From Marsupella aquatica (Eukaryota > Plantae > Marchantiophyta), in NCBI GenBank assembly GCA_973895155.1, contig OZ316897.1, forward strand, positions 11,617,832-11,681,831: a stretch of 64,000 nucleotides of DNA. The letters are read 5' to 3'. A program made the translations under genes and the position numbers. The notes below the pieces were generated by a model. It was given only the letters and a program-made list of their open reading frames with translations, was not told where the DNA came from and ran no database searches. Numbering within the stretch: the first letter of the stretch is position 1; each line of letters starts with the position of its first letter. Shown here one piece after another: positions 63,665 to 64,000 of this stretch.

Positions 63665-64000
63665 ATTTGGCCTCCTCTCAGCTGGTTCCCTTCTTGGAAT
63701 CTCAGTTCTTTGAGACCTCTGCTCTATCACATGGGAGGTTAAAAGCCTTATCCCTTCTGCTATTTTCTCTAGGTCAGTCGTGTTTGACCCTGAGCCCGAC
63801 CCTTCCACTTGCACCCTCCTCTCAGTATCTTCTCTCCTCCCAACTACATCCCTGATGACCTCTCTCTCACTCTCTCTCCTCCTTACCACCTCTCTTGTGG
63901 CTTCTCTGTCATTCTCTCTTCTCCTCCTACGCTCATTCACTCTCATTACTGCTCTCTCGACCAAACTCCAATCCGCCGGTCCTTCCGCCCAAGTGGGTTC
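63665..64000 (-). mobile_element. Continuation of the gypsy gag upstream of the DNA-transposon insertion
   Basis: R/E-rich coiled-coil ORF ending in ...EPAERRPN, which joins ALCMWCD at 52045 across the ATTT TSD. Confidence 0.85.

Overview
Eukaryotic, intron-containing land-plant DNA. A liverwort or other bryophyte-type genome is my inference from the RALF/FEI/TYW1 sequences and the transposon types. Host genes: a RALF peptide precursor (3534-3959, +), an intronless MYND-finger gene (7870-8553, +), a decayed trihelix/ASR3-like gene (~19.7-22.4 kb, +), a 13-exon FEI-like LRR receptor kinase (24451-28808, -) and a 9-exon TYW1 (40801-45099, -). The rest is transposon-rich: copia remnants, several MITEs, a tRNA-derived SINE, an unclassified island with an RPA-like OB-fold gene (31-38 kb), and a gypsy/copia chimera from 47 kb onward. 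The main finding is a complete 11.6-kb DNA transposon (52050-63664; ~30-bp TIRs, ATTT target-site duplication) inserted in a gypsy gag. It encodes a Sola1/DUF7869-type DDE transposase on the minus strand. Divergently, it carries one 5-exon cargo gene of about 1,710 codons that appears to fuse a ParB/Srx-like domain, a beta-class N4C/N6A DNA-methyltransferase-like domain and an FCP1/NIF-type HAD phosphatase. The element also holds arrays of a 21-bp palindrome (GGGTCGCTC-NNN-GAGCGACCC) that could be the cargo protein's binding site. All domain calls are by eye from motifs and need HMM or structure confirmation.
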